Source: a bacterium (GTDB lineage: Bacteria; SZUA-182; DTGQ01; JAFGSM01). Taken from it: a stretch of DNA of 24,460 nucleotides. The notes under the pieces are model-generated. The model had not been told where the DNA came from. It saw only the letters and a list, made by a program, of their open reading frames with translations, and did no database searches. The position numbers and the translations under genes were made by a program. Shown one piece after another: positions 1 to 7,954 of the stretch. The first letter of the stretch is position 1. Each line of letters starts with the position of its first letter. The stretch is taken from assembly GCA_049472335.1 (NCBI GenBank), contig JBLIRO010000074.1, forward strand, positions 1 through 24,460, read 5' to 3'.

Positions 1-654
1 CGCGATAACGCTGTTTAATGGAGAATCCACTATCTGCTCGCCGTTTATCAGCTTTCTTTCATTCAAAAGCGAAAGAAGGGACCTGAGAAGCATATCATTC
101 GCGTCAAAGATTTCATCCAAAAAAGCAAAATCCGACTCGACAATGGAACCTTTGATATTATGTATCATCTTCCCGCATTTCATATCTTCCATATTATAGG
201 CCCCAAAAAGGTTGTCAGGCATGGTGTCTTTTGTCAACTGCTTTTCGAATACCCTGGTATTGTGGAAACATTCAAAGATCTGCCTGGCAAGAAGGCTTTT
301 GGCCATCCCGGTCCTTCCGAGTATCAGTTGATGCTCCCCTGTCAGAAAGGCATAGAAACTCTGGCATACAACCTCTTCTCTTCCCACAATATTTTCACAT
401 ATAAAATGGAGAAGCTTATTTATCAGTTTTGAGGTCTCAAAGACACATTGACAATCAGCAGAGTCAACTTCAACGACGTTATCTAAATCAAAATCCGTGA
501 TTAATTTCAACGAGTTTTGATCAATGTCCTCTAAGTCTTTCTGGGAGGGATTATAAATATCATCCATTTGACCCCCATCTCTTCTTTCAGGTTGATACAT
601 TCGCTCCATATGACTTGACTTATCGCTATAAAAATCTTTAAAACTGTTATCCAT
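1..654 (-). CDS. MoxR-family AAA+ ATPase, RavA-like (5' part only; runs off the left edge)
   Basis: Not in the ORF track; translated by hand. The frame is open from ATG 654 (preceded by GGAAAGGA; alternative in-frame ATGs at 609, 600, 567) to base 1. Protein: MDNSFKDFYS...IVGREEVVCQSFYAFLTGEHQLIL-GRTGMAKS (Walker A, 295-318)...PDNLFG...FAFLDEI (Walker B) FDANDMLLRSLLSLLNER. This resembles RavA-type GPPGIAKS / FLDEI...LLTAINER. Confidence 0.85.
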   Translation of the reverse strand, partial: MDNSFKDFYSDKSSHMERMYQPERRDGGQMDDIYNPSQKDLEDIDQNSLKLITDFDLDNVVEVDSADCQCVFETSKLINKLLHFICENIVGREEVVCQSFYAFLTGEHQLILGRTGMAKSLLARQIFECFHNTRVFEKQLTKDTMPDNLFGAYNMEDMKCGKMIHNIKGSIVESDFAFLDEIFDANDMLLRSLLSLLNERKLINGEQIVDSPLNSVIA

Positions 655-782
655 CCATTTTCCTTTCCGGCGCCCTGAGAAAAAATAATCAAAATATATA
701 TTTTTGTTTATGGAAATTATATTTAATTATTTAATAAAATTATCTTAATTTTATTTGGATATACTTAGCTACAATTATTTAA

Positions 783-798
783 AGCAAAATTTATACCA
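783..798 (-). promoter_or_regulatory. sigma-54 (-24/-12) promoter of the RavA-like gene
   Basis: The minus strand reads TGGTATAAATTTTGCT: exact GG-N10-GC spacing with TTGCT at -12. It lies about 130 bp upstream of ATG 654 and next to a sigma-54 activator gene. Confidence 0.75.
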
Positions 799-883
799 TT
801 ATTATTATTTATATAAAAATTATTGTAACTGGCTATGATAAAAGGGGAAAAAGAATTCAACTAAAGCTTAAAATTAAATTAAA

Positions 884-932
884 AGTCGCATAAATGCGAC
901 TAAGCTATAATACAGGGTTGCAATAAAGCGAC
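884..932. promoter_or_regulatory. tandem palindromic upstream activator (enhancer-like) sites
   Basis: Perfect palindrome AGTCGCAT-AA-ATGCGACT (884-901) and a second copy GTTGCA-ATAA-AGCGAC (917-932; 2 mismatches to GTCGCA-N4-TGCGAC). Their centres are 32 bp apart and about 120 and 152 bp upstream of the predicted start site. They are GC-rich islands in very AT-rich DNA. Confidence 0.7.
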
Positions 933-1068
933 ATTAAACTGATTTTTATCAATATTTAGCACTGATAAAATCGTAAAAAATCTTTGAAAAAGTAATTGGC
1001 ATTTCTTAAAAAAACCCGGAGACGACGAAATAACTATAAACTAAACCATCAATAGAAAACAAGAAAAA

Positions 1069-3333
1069 CTAATTTTGTTTCTGTGGAACCTTTAAACCAA
1101 GAGATTTTATTTTGCGGTAAAGGGTTGCCTTGTGTATCCCTAATTGTCGGGCAGCTTTCAGTCGATTCCAATTGTTCTGTCTTAGCACGTTAATTAAAAA
1201 AGCTGCTTCCATCTTCATAAAGCTCATATTGTCTGATTTTTTGGAAGAGTTCATCTCAAGAGAAGTCCGTAAAATTTCAGGAAGATGGCTGCGTTCTATA
1301 TAATCTGAATTACAAATCACATAAGACCTTTCTATAATATTTTCAAGCTCCCTGATATTGCCCGGATAATCATAAGACAGAAGGCAAATTAACGCATCTT
1401 CTTTTATTCCCTTTATATTTTTACCTTGCTGGAGATTTAATTTTGTAATAAATTCATCTATCAAAAGCGGAACATCTTCGAGACGGCCTCTCAATGGCGG
1501 AAGATCAAGTCTGACGACATTGATTCTATAAAACAGGTCTTCCCTGAATTTGCCTTTTTTTACTAAATCCATAAGATTTTTATTTGTGGCAGCAATAATC
1601 CTTACATCAGCTTTTACTGATTTAACGGAGCCTAAGGGCTCAAAAATCCTTTCCTGGAGAAAGCGTAAAAGTCGTACTTGCATAGCCGATGAAATGTCAC
1701 CAATCTCATCCAGAAATAGTGTGCCTCCATCGGCCAGAGCAAAGCGTCCTGGTTTGTCTTTCTTGGCATCAGTAAAGGCCCCGGCTTTATAGCCAAACAA
1801 TTCTGATTCAAGCAGGGTGTCAGGGAGGGCGCCACAATTAACGATAATGAAAGGATTGTCTCTACGGGGACTCAGGTTATGAATAGCTTGTGCGAAGAGA
1901 TGCTTTCCAGTGCCGCTTTCACCCTGGATTAAAACTGTGCTTATGCTTTCAGCGACTGAAGGTAGTATGTCAAAAAGCTGTCCAATTTTGTGACTTCGTG
2001 AAATTATATTCTTAAAACAAGGTTCAACACCTATTTTCTTGGGTGCCTGTTTGAACATATCAAATTCCTGCAAACTGGTTTTATAGTCATTTGCTTGCAA
2101 TTTAACAAAATCCATTTGATGTTGCTCGTCATGTATACCTTTTTGGCTATCTTTTTCCGCCTTTTTTTCCGTTAATAATTCATCATTGCTGATTATTTTT
2201 TTGTTTTTTGTTCTATATCTGCAATGTGTAAGGGTGCTCTTTATATTGCCGTGTTCATCATATATTGCTGTCGCTTTGCACCAGACCGGGATCGTCTGCC
2301 CATCTTTTCGGATCATTGCGATTTCTGATTCAGTAAGTCCTTTTTTCTTAAGCAGTGACAATCTCTCGTGAAATTTTAAATTATTTTCTTCAGATAAGAA
2401 GTCTGTTAAGGATTTGCCTATAATTTCCTTTCTGGAAAAGCCGAGTATCTTTGTGTATGCTTTATTGCAGTCAATGATATTCCCACCCATATCCAAAACC
2501 GCTATTCCATCTGATTCACATTCAAAAAGCAGTCGATATTTTTTTTCATTTTCCCTAATAACTGTATCCATCCATTTCCGCTCTAATGCATTGGCAAAAA
2601 TTTCTCCAACAATTCTTAAAAGCGCAATAATATCAAGCTCCCATTTCTTTTTTGTACGAACCGAGTCAAACCCGACAAAACCTATAAAAGATGATCCGCA
2701 AAACATTGGAACAGCAATGAGTGATTGAATATTGTGGGAAAGTAAATATTTTTTTTCCGCATCCGCTTCAGGAGGAAGCTTATCGAAGCCGGATACATGA
2801 AAGACTCCGTGCTTTGTAATCTTCTTGGCAAACCAGGGGAATTCTTCGTCGATTAAACGTCCCCTCAAATTTTTGATTTGAGGTTTTATCCCTTTATCGC
2901 GCCATTCATAAACATCGTCAATCCTTTTTTCGTTTTCTTTAAAAAGGAAGACATAACTTCGGTCAACTCCAACAAATTTACCTATGGTTTCCAATGCAAT
3001 ATTTATTTCAGTATCTATTTCATCGAGTGAAAGTTTTATAAAATTTGTAGATAATGTAGTAATAATCTTTTCGAATTCCACTCGATAACGTAATTCCTCT
3101 TCCGCTTTCTTACGTTCAGAGTTCTCCTGTCTAAGCTGAACATTAGCGGCTATTAAACCGTCAGTCTGTTCTTCGATTATCTTCTCACGATTGTCAAACT
3201 CTTTTCTAAGAGCAATCCTTAGGGATTTTTCAGATTTTTGATATTCATTAACCAGGGTTTCTAATTCTGAAATACGTTCTATTAGATGTTTTTTTTCTTT
3301 GTCTATTGCTTTTTGTTTCATCTTATCGGTCAA
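1069..3333 (-). CDS. sigma-54-dependent enhancer-binding protein (coiled coil-GAF-PAS-AAA+-Fis HTH)
   Basis: GAF-like STNFI..EID..IN.ALE.IG.FVG.DRSY; PAS (DGIAVLD..GNII.CN....ILGFSRKEIIGK...RKDG); AAA motifs GESGTGKH, ESELFG, GAFTDA, TLFLDEIGD, RIIAATN, FREDLFYR, YPGNIRELEN; C-terminal NRLKAARQLGIHKATLYRK. Start is TTG 3333 or ATG 3321. Confidence 0.95.
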   Translation of the reverse strand: MTDKMKQKAIDKEKKHLIERISELETLVNEYQKSEKSLRIALRKEFDNREKIIEEQTDGLIAANVQLRQENSERKKAEEELRYRVEFEKIITTLSTNFIKLSLDEIDTEINIALETIGKFVGVDRSYVFLFKENEKRIDDVYEWRDKGIKPQIKNLRGRLIDEEFPWFAKKITKHGVFHVSGFDKLPPEADAEKKYLLSHNIQSLIAVPMFCGSSFIGFVGFDSVRTKKKWELDIIALLRIVGEIFANALERKWMDTVIRENEKKYRLLFECESDGIAVLDMGGNIIDCNKAYTKILGFSRKEIIGKSLTDFLSEENNLKFHERLSLLKKKGLTESEIAMIRKDGQTIPVWCKATAIYDEHGNIKSTLTHCRYRTKNKKIISNDELLTEKKAEKDSQKGIHDEQHQMDFVKLQANDYKTSLQEFDMFKQAPKKIGVEPCFKNIISRSHKIGQLFDILPSVAESISTVLIQGESGTGKHLFAQAIHNLSPRRDNPFIIVNCGALPDTLLESELFGYKAGAFTDAKKDKPGRFALADGGTLFLDEIGDISSAMQVRLLRFLQERIFEPLGSVKSVKADVRIIAATNKNLMDLVKKGKFREDLFYRINVVRLDLPPLRGRLEDVPLLIDEFITKLNLQQGKNIKGIKEDALICLLSYDYPGNIRELENIIERSYVICNSDYIERSHLPEILRTSLEMNSSKKSDNMSFMKMEAAFLINVLRQNNWNRLKAARQLGIHKATLYRKIKSLGLKVPQKQN

Positions 3334-3394
3334 AATTTATGAAAAACGTAACAAATATCTTAAAATAATCATTTATCAATGAATAAAAATGTTC

Positions 3395-4390
3395 TTAAGA
3401 CCATAAAAAATCCGTTAAGTTTTGCCTAAGGTCATCATGATTAAAACTATGTAACATATATGAAGTCGGGATATAGATCTCCTCCAGGAGATCCCTTATT
3501 AAAAACCTGACAATTTCCCCTTCGGTTGATTTCTGAGAATAAGGTAATGATTGTAAGCCAAGATTTTTCAACCCTTCACTAAGTTCTTGTTTAATAAATC
3601 CAAGGGATAATACATCCAAATGATTCAAAAAACTGTTAAATTTTGGATCATCTGGTAATCTTTTCATATAATCCTGTTTTTGAGGTTGTTTGAAATAAGG
3701 GCTTTTGTTGAGTTTAAATGCCAAAAGTGCGAGCAAAGGCAGGCTCGCCTTCTCTAATGAATATACAATAATGTCATTAATATAATTTATCGATGTGTTA
3801 TCTAAATCTATATGTTCCTTAAGATTAAAAATAAACTTAATGACACCGGTTCCTGTAATAAAATCCCTTGATATACAAGTTTTTAAATAATCCAATCCTA
3901 TCTTTTCCAATAAAACATCTTTATCTAAAAGAGCCAATTTGCCTAAGCTATTCCAGGCGATAATCTGGGTATAATATTTCTCTTTAAATGATTTAGTAAG
4001 ATTAATAAGGATGTCCATGCAAAATTCAATATCACCATTCAAGAAAACCGTTTTTGCCAACATTTCCCCTATTTCATGAGCGATGAATGCCTTTCTGTGA
4101 TTATCATGCGGGTTAATAATCTTTAAACCAAAAGGAAATTTCGTATAATATCTCAGACCATTTATTTCGGAATGATCACAGATTGCTGATTTAAAAATTC
4201 TAAGTGATTCGGAAGGATTTGATTCTTTGATGACTTCACCTATCCTTTTTCTGTCTAACACAATATTGCCTTTTTTTTCAAATGTTCTTTTCTTGAAATC
4301 ATTATAAAATTTATAGATAAAAAGAAACAGAATGGCAATAGCCGGAAGGACCGCAATTATCGCTAATCCAGCAACCAATATGGACTTCAT
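3395..4390 (-). CDS. hypothetical protein with a single N-terminal transmembrane anchor
   Basis: 331 aa with a strong AGGAGG SD. Hydrophobic residues ~4-26 are followed by a basic patch (KKR..KK). I recognise no family in the remainder, which looks helical. Confidence 0.8.
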   Translation of the reverse strand: MKSILVAGLAIIAVLPAIAILFLFIYKFYNDFKKRTFEKKGNIVLDRKRIGEVIKESNPSESLRIFKSAICDHSEINGLRYYTKFPFGLKIINPHDNHRKAFIAHEIGEMLAKTVFLNGDIEFCMDILINLTKSFKEKYYTQIIAWNSLGKLALLDKDVLLEKIGLDYLKTCISRDFITGTGVIKFIFNLKEHIDLDNTSINYINDIIVYSLEKASLPLLALLAFKLNKSPYFKQPQKQDYMKRLPDDPKFNSFLNHLDVLSLGFIKQELSEGLKNLGLQSLPYSQKSTEGEIVRFLIRDLLEEIYIPTSYMLHSFNHDDLRQNLTDFLWS

Positions 4391-4458
4391 TTATTCCTCC
4401 TATTTTTCGAGCATTTTAAAATTAGTATGTTTGATCCGGAGAAATTCAATAAAATATA

Positions 4459-4521
4459 ATTGATTTGTGAAATCAATCTTACTCTATATTATGCCTTTTT
4501 TTGAATAATAATTCAAAAAAA
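4459..4521. promoter_or_regulatory. two perfect inverted repeats in the divergent intergenic region (candidate operators)
   Basis: ATTGATTT-GTG-AAATCAAT (4459-4477) and TTTTTTTGAAT-AATA-ATTCAAAAAAA (4496-4521). The very AT-rich context lowers their significance. Confidence 0.4.
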
Positions 4522-4541
4522 TCATTTTATCAATATAAAAG

Positions 4542-4569
4542 TTGAAATATGTAAAAAATCTGGTATACT
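4542..4569 (+). promoter_or_regulatory. sigma-70-type promoter of the REC-XRE-cupin gene
   Basis: TTGAAA-N16-TATACT with an extended -10 (TGG TATACT), about 70 bp upstream of the ATG. Confidence 0.5.
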
Positions 4570-4640
4570 ATATTTTAATACATTTTTGTTTAATATAATT
4601 TTTGTTGTTTATGTTTTAATTTAGTGAAAGGAGCTTGGTT

Positions 4641-5579
4641 ATGGGTCTTCCAATAAAAAAGGCAAATATACTCATCGTTGATGATGATCGCAATACAACT
4701 AAGTCATTGGTAGATTTGCTTAAAAAGGAAAACTTCAGAGCGAATGAAGCCGGAAATATATCCGAGGCCATTAATAAGGTGGCAAATGAGATCTTCGATA
4801 TTATCTTTTTGGAAATAAATCTTCCCGATATGCAACATGACAAGGGACTGCTTGACCTGAAAAGGATATCACCTCATTCACGTATTATTGTTATGACAGC
4901 CTCACCCTCAGTAGAAACAGCGGTTTCAGCCATGAAGAACGGAGCGATTGACTATTTATCCAAGCCCATAAAAAACGATGATCTGTTAAATGTTATACGC
5001 GCGAATATACATATCGATCTTAAAGACGATATTCTAACAAAACTCGGTGAGAAGATTAAATCCATAAGAAAAGGTAAAGGCATAAAAATTAAACAATTAA
5101 GCAGTCGTTCCGGACTTACTGAAAGTTCTATATCGATGATCGAAAACGGAAAGATATCTCCATCTATAACAACGATCAACAAGATAGCTGTTGCATTGGG
5201 GGTCCATCCGATAGAATTTTTTGAGATTGAACGCCATAAAAGGTGGATTGTTACCAGAAAGAACGAAAGGGAAAAACTCCATATTTCTGGTAATGACAAC
5301 ATCCTGGAATATCTATGTAAAGAAAGAGGGAATATCAAAAATGAAATTTTTATGTCCCATCTGAGTCCAGGACAGAAATCATACGAGGAAAAGTTAAACC
5401 ATGAAGGAGAAAAATTCTGTTTGGTATTAAAAGGAACCATTGATGTCGAATTGGGAAGTGAAATAATAACTCTGAATGAAGGTGACAATATTATTTTTGA
5501 TTCAATGATTCCTCACCTCTGGAAAAGCACAAAATCTAAAGAAAGCCTTTCTCTTTGGATGATATCCCGCATAATGTAA
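4641..5579 (+). CDS. receiver domain-XRE HTH-cupin transcriptional regulator (atypical receiver)
   Basis: REC: ILIVDDD...FDIIFLEINLPD...IVMTA...GAIDYLSKP. HTH_3: LGEKIKSIRK..IKQLSSRSGLTESSISMIENGKISPSITT. Cupin: HEGEKFCLVLKG...LNEGDNIIFDSMIPHLW. AAGGAG (4628-4633) lies 7 nt before ATG 4641, so that start is preferred over TTG 4635. Confidence 0.92.
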   Translation: MGLPIKKANILIVDDDRNTTKSLVDLLKKENFRANEAGNISEAINKVANEIFDIIFLEINLPDMQHDKGLLDLKRISPHSRIIVMTASPSVETAVSAMKNGAIDYLSKPIKNDDLLNVIRANIHIDLKDDILTKLGEKIKSIRKGKGIKIKQLSSRSGLTESSISMIENGKISPSITTINKIAVALGVHPIEFFEIERHKRWIVTRKNEREKLHISGNDNILEYLCKERGNIKNEIFMSHLSPGQKSYEEKLNHEGEKFCLVLKGTIDVELGSEIITLNEGDNIIFDSMIPHLWKSTKSKESLSLWMISRIM

Positions 5580-5591
5580 TTAATAAACCAT

Positions 5592-5623
5592 AAAGAGGCT
5601 GTTGCCTTACGAGCAGCCTCTTT
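5592..5623. terminator. bidirectional intrinsic terminator
   Basis: Hairpin AAAGAGGCTGTT-loop-AGCAGCCTCTTT between two convergent genes (stop codons ending at 5579 and 5643). Confidence 0.75.
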
Positions 5624-5642
5624 CCATTAAATAATCCAGATT

Positions 5643-5813
5643 TCAGTCTATTTTGACGGCTTCATCAATGAGCATTATAGGGATATCATCTTTAATAGGA
5701 TAGAGCAGTTTGCAGGATTTACAAACCAATCCGTCTTCTTCTTCAGTCAGGACAAGGTCGCCTCTACATTTCGGACATGCAAGGATTTCCAAAAGCTTTT
5801 GATCAATTGACAT
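5643..5813 (-). CDS. ycaR: Trm112/YcaR-family small protein (56 aa)
   Basis: Below the ORF-track length cut-off. MSIDQKLLEILACPKCRGDL...LVCKSCKLLYPIKDDIPIMLIDEAVKID matches the family pattern LLEILACP..K..L...YPI.D.IP.ML..EA. SD is GAAAGGAG. YcaR is a known lpxK neighbour. Confidence 0.93.
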   Translation of the reverse strand: MSIDQKLLEILACPKCRGDLVLTEEEDGLVCKSCKLLYPIKDDIPIMLIDEAVKID

Positions 5814-5856
5814 GTGATTCAACTCCTTTCATTAAAATAAAAAATTTTGTAAGATT

Positions 5857-6798
5857 TTATCTATTTAAAATAGACTGCCATTCAAACTGTTTTTTCAATC
5901 CATTTTCCAGTTCGATTTTTGACTTATACCCCAGACACATCCTTGCCTTTGAAACATCCGCGTAAGTATGCATAACATCTCCCTTTTGAGTTTCAATATA
6001 TTGCCGCGGGATTTTTCTTTTTGCGATCCCTTCTAAAATATTCAATACCTGATTAAGGCTTACCCTGCTGCCACCTCCTATGTTGAATACATCTCCCATT
6101 GCCTCGGATTTTACAGCCTCGATATTGGCATCAATTATGTCGGATATATAAGTAAAATCCCTGGTCTGCTCTCCATCTCCATAGATAGTCAATTGTTTCT
6201 TTTCCATACATGCCCTGATAAATCGATGAAAGGCCATATCCGGTCTCTGTCTGGGGCCATATACAGTAAAATAGCGCAAACAAATACAGGGAAGCCCAAA
6301 ATTCTTTGCATAAAGACTAGCGAGGTGCTCCCCTGCCAGTTTTGTAACCCCATAGGGAGAAACCGGTTTGACTATATTAGCCTCCCGCATAGGCAATTCT
6401 TTAGTCTCACCGTAAACGGAAGATGAGGATGCATAAATAAACTTCTTGATATTCTTGTTGAGACATGATTCTAAAAGGGCCTGTGTGGCCTTTATGTTAC
6501 AATCCGTATAGATCCTGAATTCCTTTCCCCAACTTGCTCTTACTCCTGCCTGTGCAGCCTGATGAAAAATATAATCACATCCGTCAACCAATTCTCCGAG
6601 GTTTATCTCATTTAAGTCGGCTTCTATGAAACGGAAATTCTTATTTTTTCTGATCCCTTGGATATTCGATTCCTTAGTCTTCCTTGGATAGTAATCAATA
6701 AATGCATCGATCCCTATAACATCATATTTAAATTCCAGAAGCCTTTCTGCTAAATGGGAGCCAATAAAGCCTGCCACTCCGGTAACAAGACAACGCAT
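5857..6798 (-). CDS. NAD-dependent nucleotide-sugar epimerase (UDP-glucuronate 4-epimerase-like extended SDR)
   Basis: GVAGFIG Rossmann motif, AAQAGVR, SSSSVYG, YGVTK, RYFTVYGPRQRPDMA, RDFTYI. Confidence 0.92.
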   Translation of the reverse strand: MRCLVTGVAGFIGSHLAERLLEFKYDVIGIDAFIDYYPRKTKESNIQGIRKNKNFRFIEADLNEINLGELVDGCDYIFHQAAQAGVRASWGKEFRIYTDCNIKATQALLESCLNKNIKKFIYASSSSVYGETKELPMREANIVKPVSPYGVTKLAGEHLASLYAKNFGLPCICLRYFTVYGPRQRPDMAFHRFIRACMEKKQLTIYGDGEQTRDFTYISDIIDANIEAVKSEAMGDVFNIGGGSRVSLNQVLNILEGIAKRKIPRQYIETQKGDVMHTYADVSKARMCLGYKSKIELENGLKKQFEWQSILNR

Positions 6799-6852
6799 TT
6801 TTTAAATCTCCTTATTTTTTAACCGATTTTATTAGTTGTTCTGAATTTAGGC

Positions 6853-7923
6853 CTATTTCTCAAGCACTTCCGCAGCAATATCCGCAACCTTATCAACCTT
6901 TATTGTATTCATACAAATAGGATTATTACAATATAATTTATCACAGGGCAGACAGGGAAGGGTCCCTTGAACTACCACATCATTCAATCCGACAGGTCCT
7001 CTCCTTTGAGGTGAAGTGGGTCCAAAAAGGCCTAAAACAGGGACCTTTACAATATTTGACATTTGTATCAGTGCACTGTCTCCTGTGATCACGAGATTGC
7101 ATCGTTTAATAAGGGCTAACATCGATTTGCCTCTGGCAGGATATGCCCTGAAAGGCAATGATTTCATTTTTTTCTCGATCCTTTTAATCAAGTCCAGTTC
7201 ACCAGGAAACCATAAAAGAAGACAATTTATATTTAACTTTTCTGTTATTATATCTATTAATTCTGAAAATTTCTCTGGTTCCCAGCATCTGTTTCTATAA
7301 TTAGCACCGGGATAAATCCCAAACACAGGTCGATCTATGAATGGTTTTTTTTCATGGAAAAAATTGTCAGCCACCTTCTCCAATCCTTCAGGAATCTCTA
7401 TCTCCAGGAACCCGCACCTCTCTTTTATCCCAATTCCTTCTAAAATAGAGAGGTTCCGTTCAATATTGTGACATATCTCTTTCGGTATATCTAATATACG
7501 AGTATACAATCCTCTTATCCATTTATTCTGAGGGGAGTTACAACCTAACAGAATACGTATCGGGCAACCAGTCCATCTGCTCAATATCGCGCTGACACAG
7601 CTTCCTTCAAGATCCAATATCATGTCTATTCTTTCTTGTTTCAGGCAAAACATGGTATGGCTGATCTCCCATATTACAGGAATTGTTCTGTGTGGATATG
7701 GTAAATCCCTTATCCATTTATTTCTTGCCCAGTTAAAAAGATGATCTATATCTGCATGTCCTTCTAACAATTCGGCCCCGCTTTCATCAGTAATCCAGAT
7801 TACCCGGGAATATGGCAGGTGTTTCTTTATGGAGGAAGCAACAGGAAGAGCGTTAATAACCTCCGCTTCAGGGCCAAATTTTATCAAGCAAATAAATGCA
7901 TAAGGATTATTTATTTTAATCAA
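6853..7923 (-). CDS. glycosyltransferase family 9 (heptosyltransferase-like) with degenerate catalytic motifs
   Basis: GT9 layout: PGA....RCW..E.F, LGLFGPTSP.R.GP, C-terminal CLPC..C..CM. It has GPEAEV where GD is expected and GDSALIQ where DTGxxH is expected. TTG start. Confidence 0.85.
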   Translation of the reverse strand: MIKINNPYAFICLIKFGPEAEVINALPVASSIKKHLPYSRVIWITDESGAELLEGHADIDHLFNWARNKWIRDLPYPHRTIPVIWEISHTMFCLKQERIDMILDLEGSCVSAILSRWTGCPIRILLGCNSPQNKWIRGLYTRILDIPKEICHNIERNLSILEGIGIKERCGFLEIEIPEGLEKVADNFFHEKKPFIDRPVFGIYPGANYRNRCWEPEKFSELIDIITEKLNINCLLLWFPGELDLIKRIEKKMKSLPFRAYPARGKSMLALIKRCNLVITGDSALIQMSNIVKVPVLGLFGPTSPQRRGPVGLNDVVVQGTLPCLPCDKLYCNNPICMNTIKVDKVADIAAEVLEK

Positions 7924-7954
7924 TTGATTTTAAAATTGGTGGATTCGTTAAAAG

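Noticed and set aside
160..432. 90-aa + strand ORF from the track
   Set aside because: It is antisense to the RavA-like ATPase frame, which has clear Walker A and B motifs.
4460..4476. FNR-like box TTGAT...ATCAA
   Set aside because: The spacer is 7 nt, not the 4 nt FNR requires; kept only as a generic inverted repeat.
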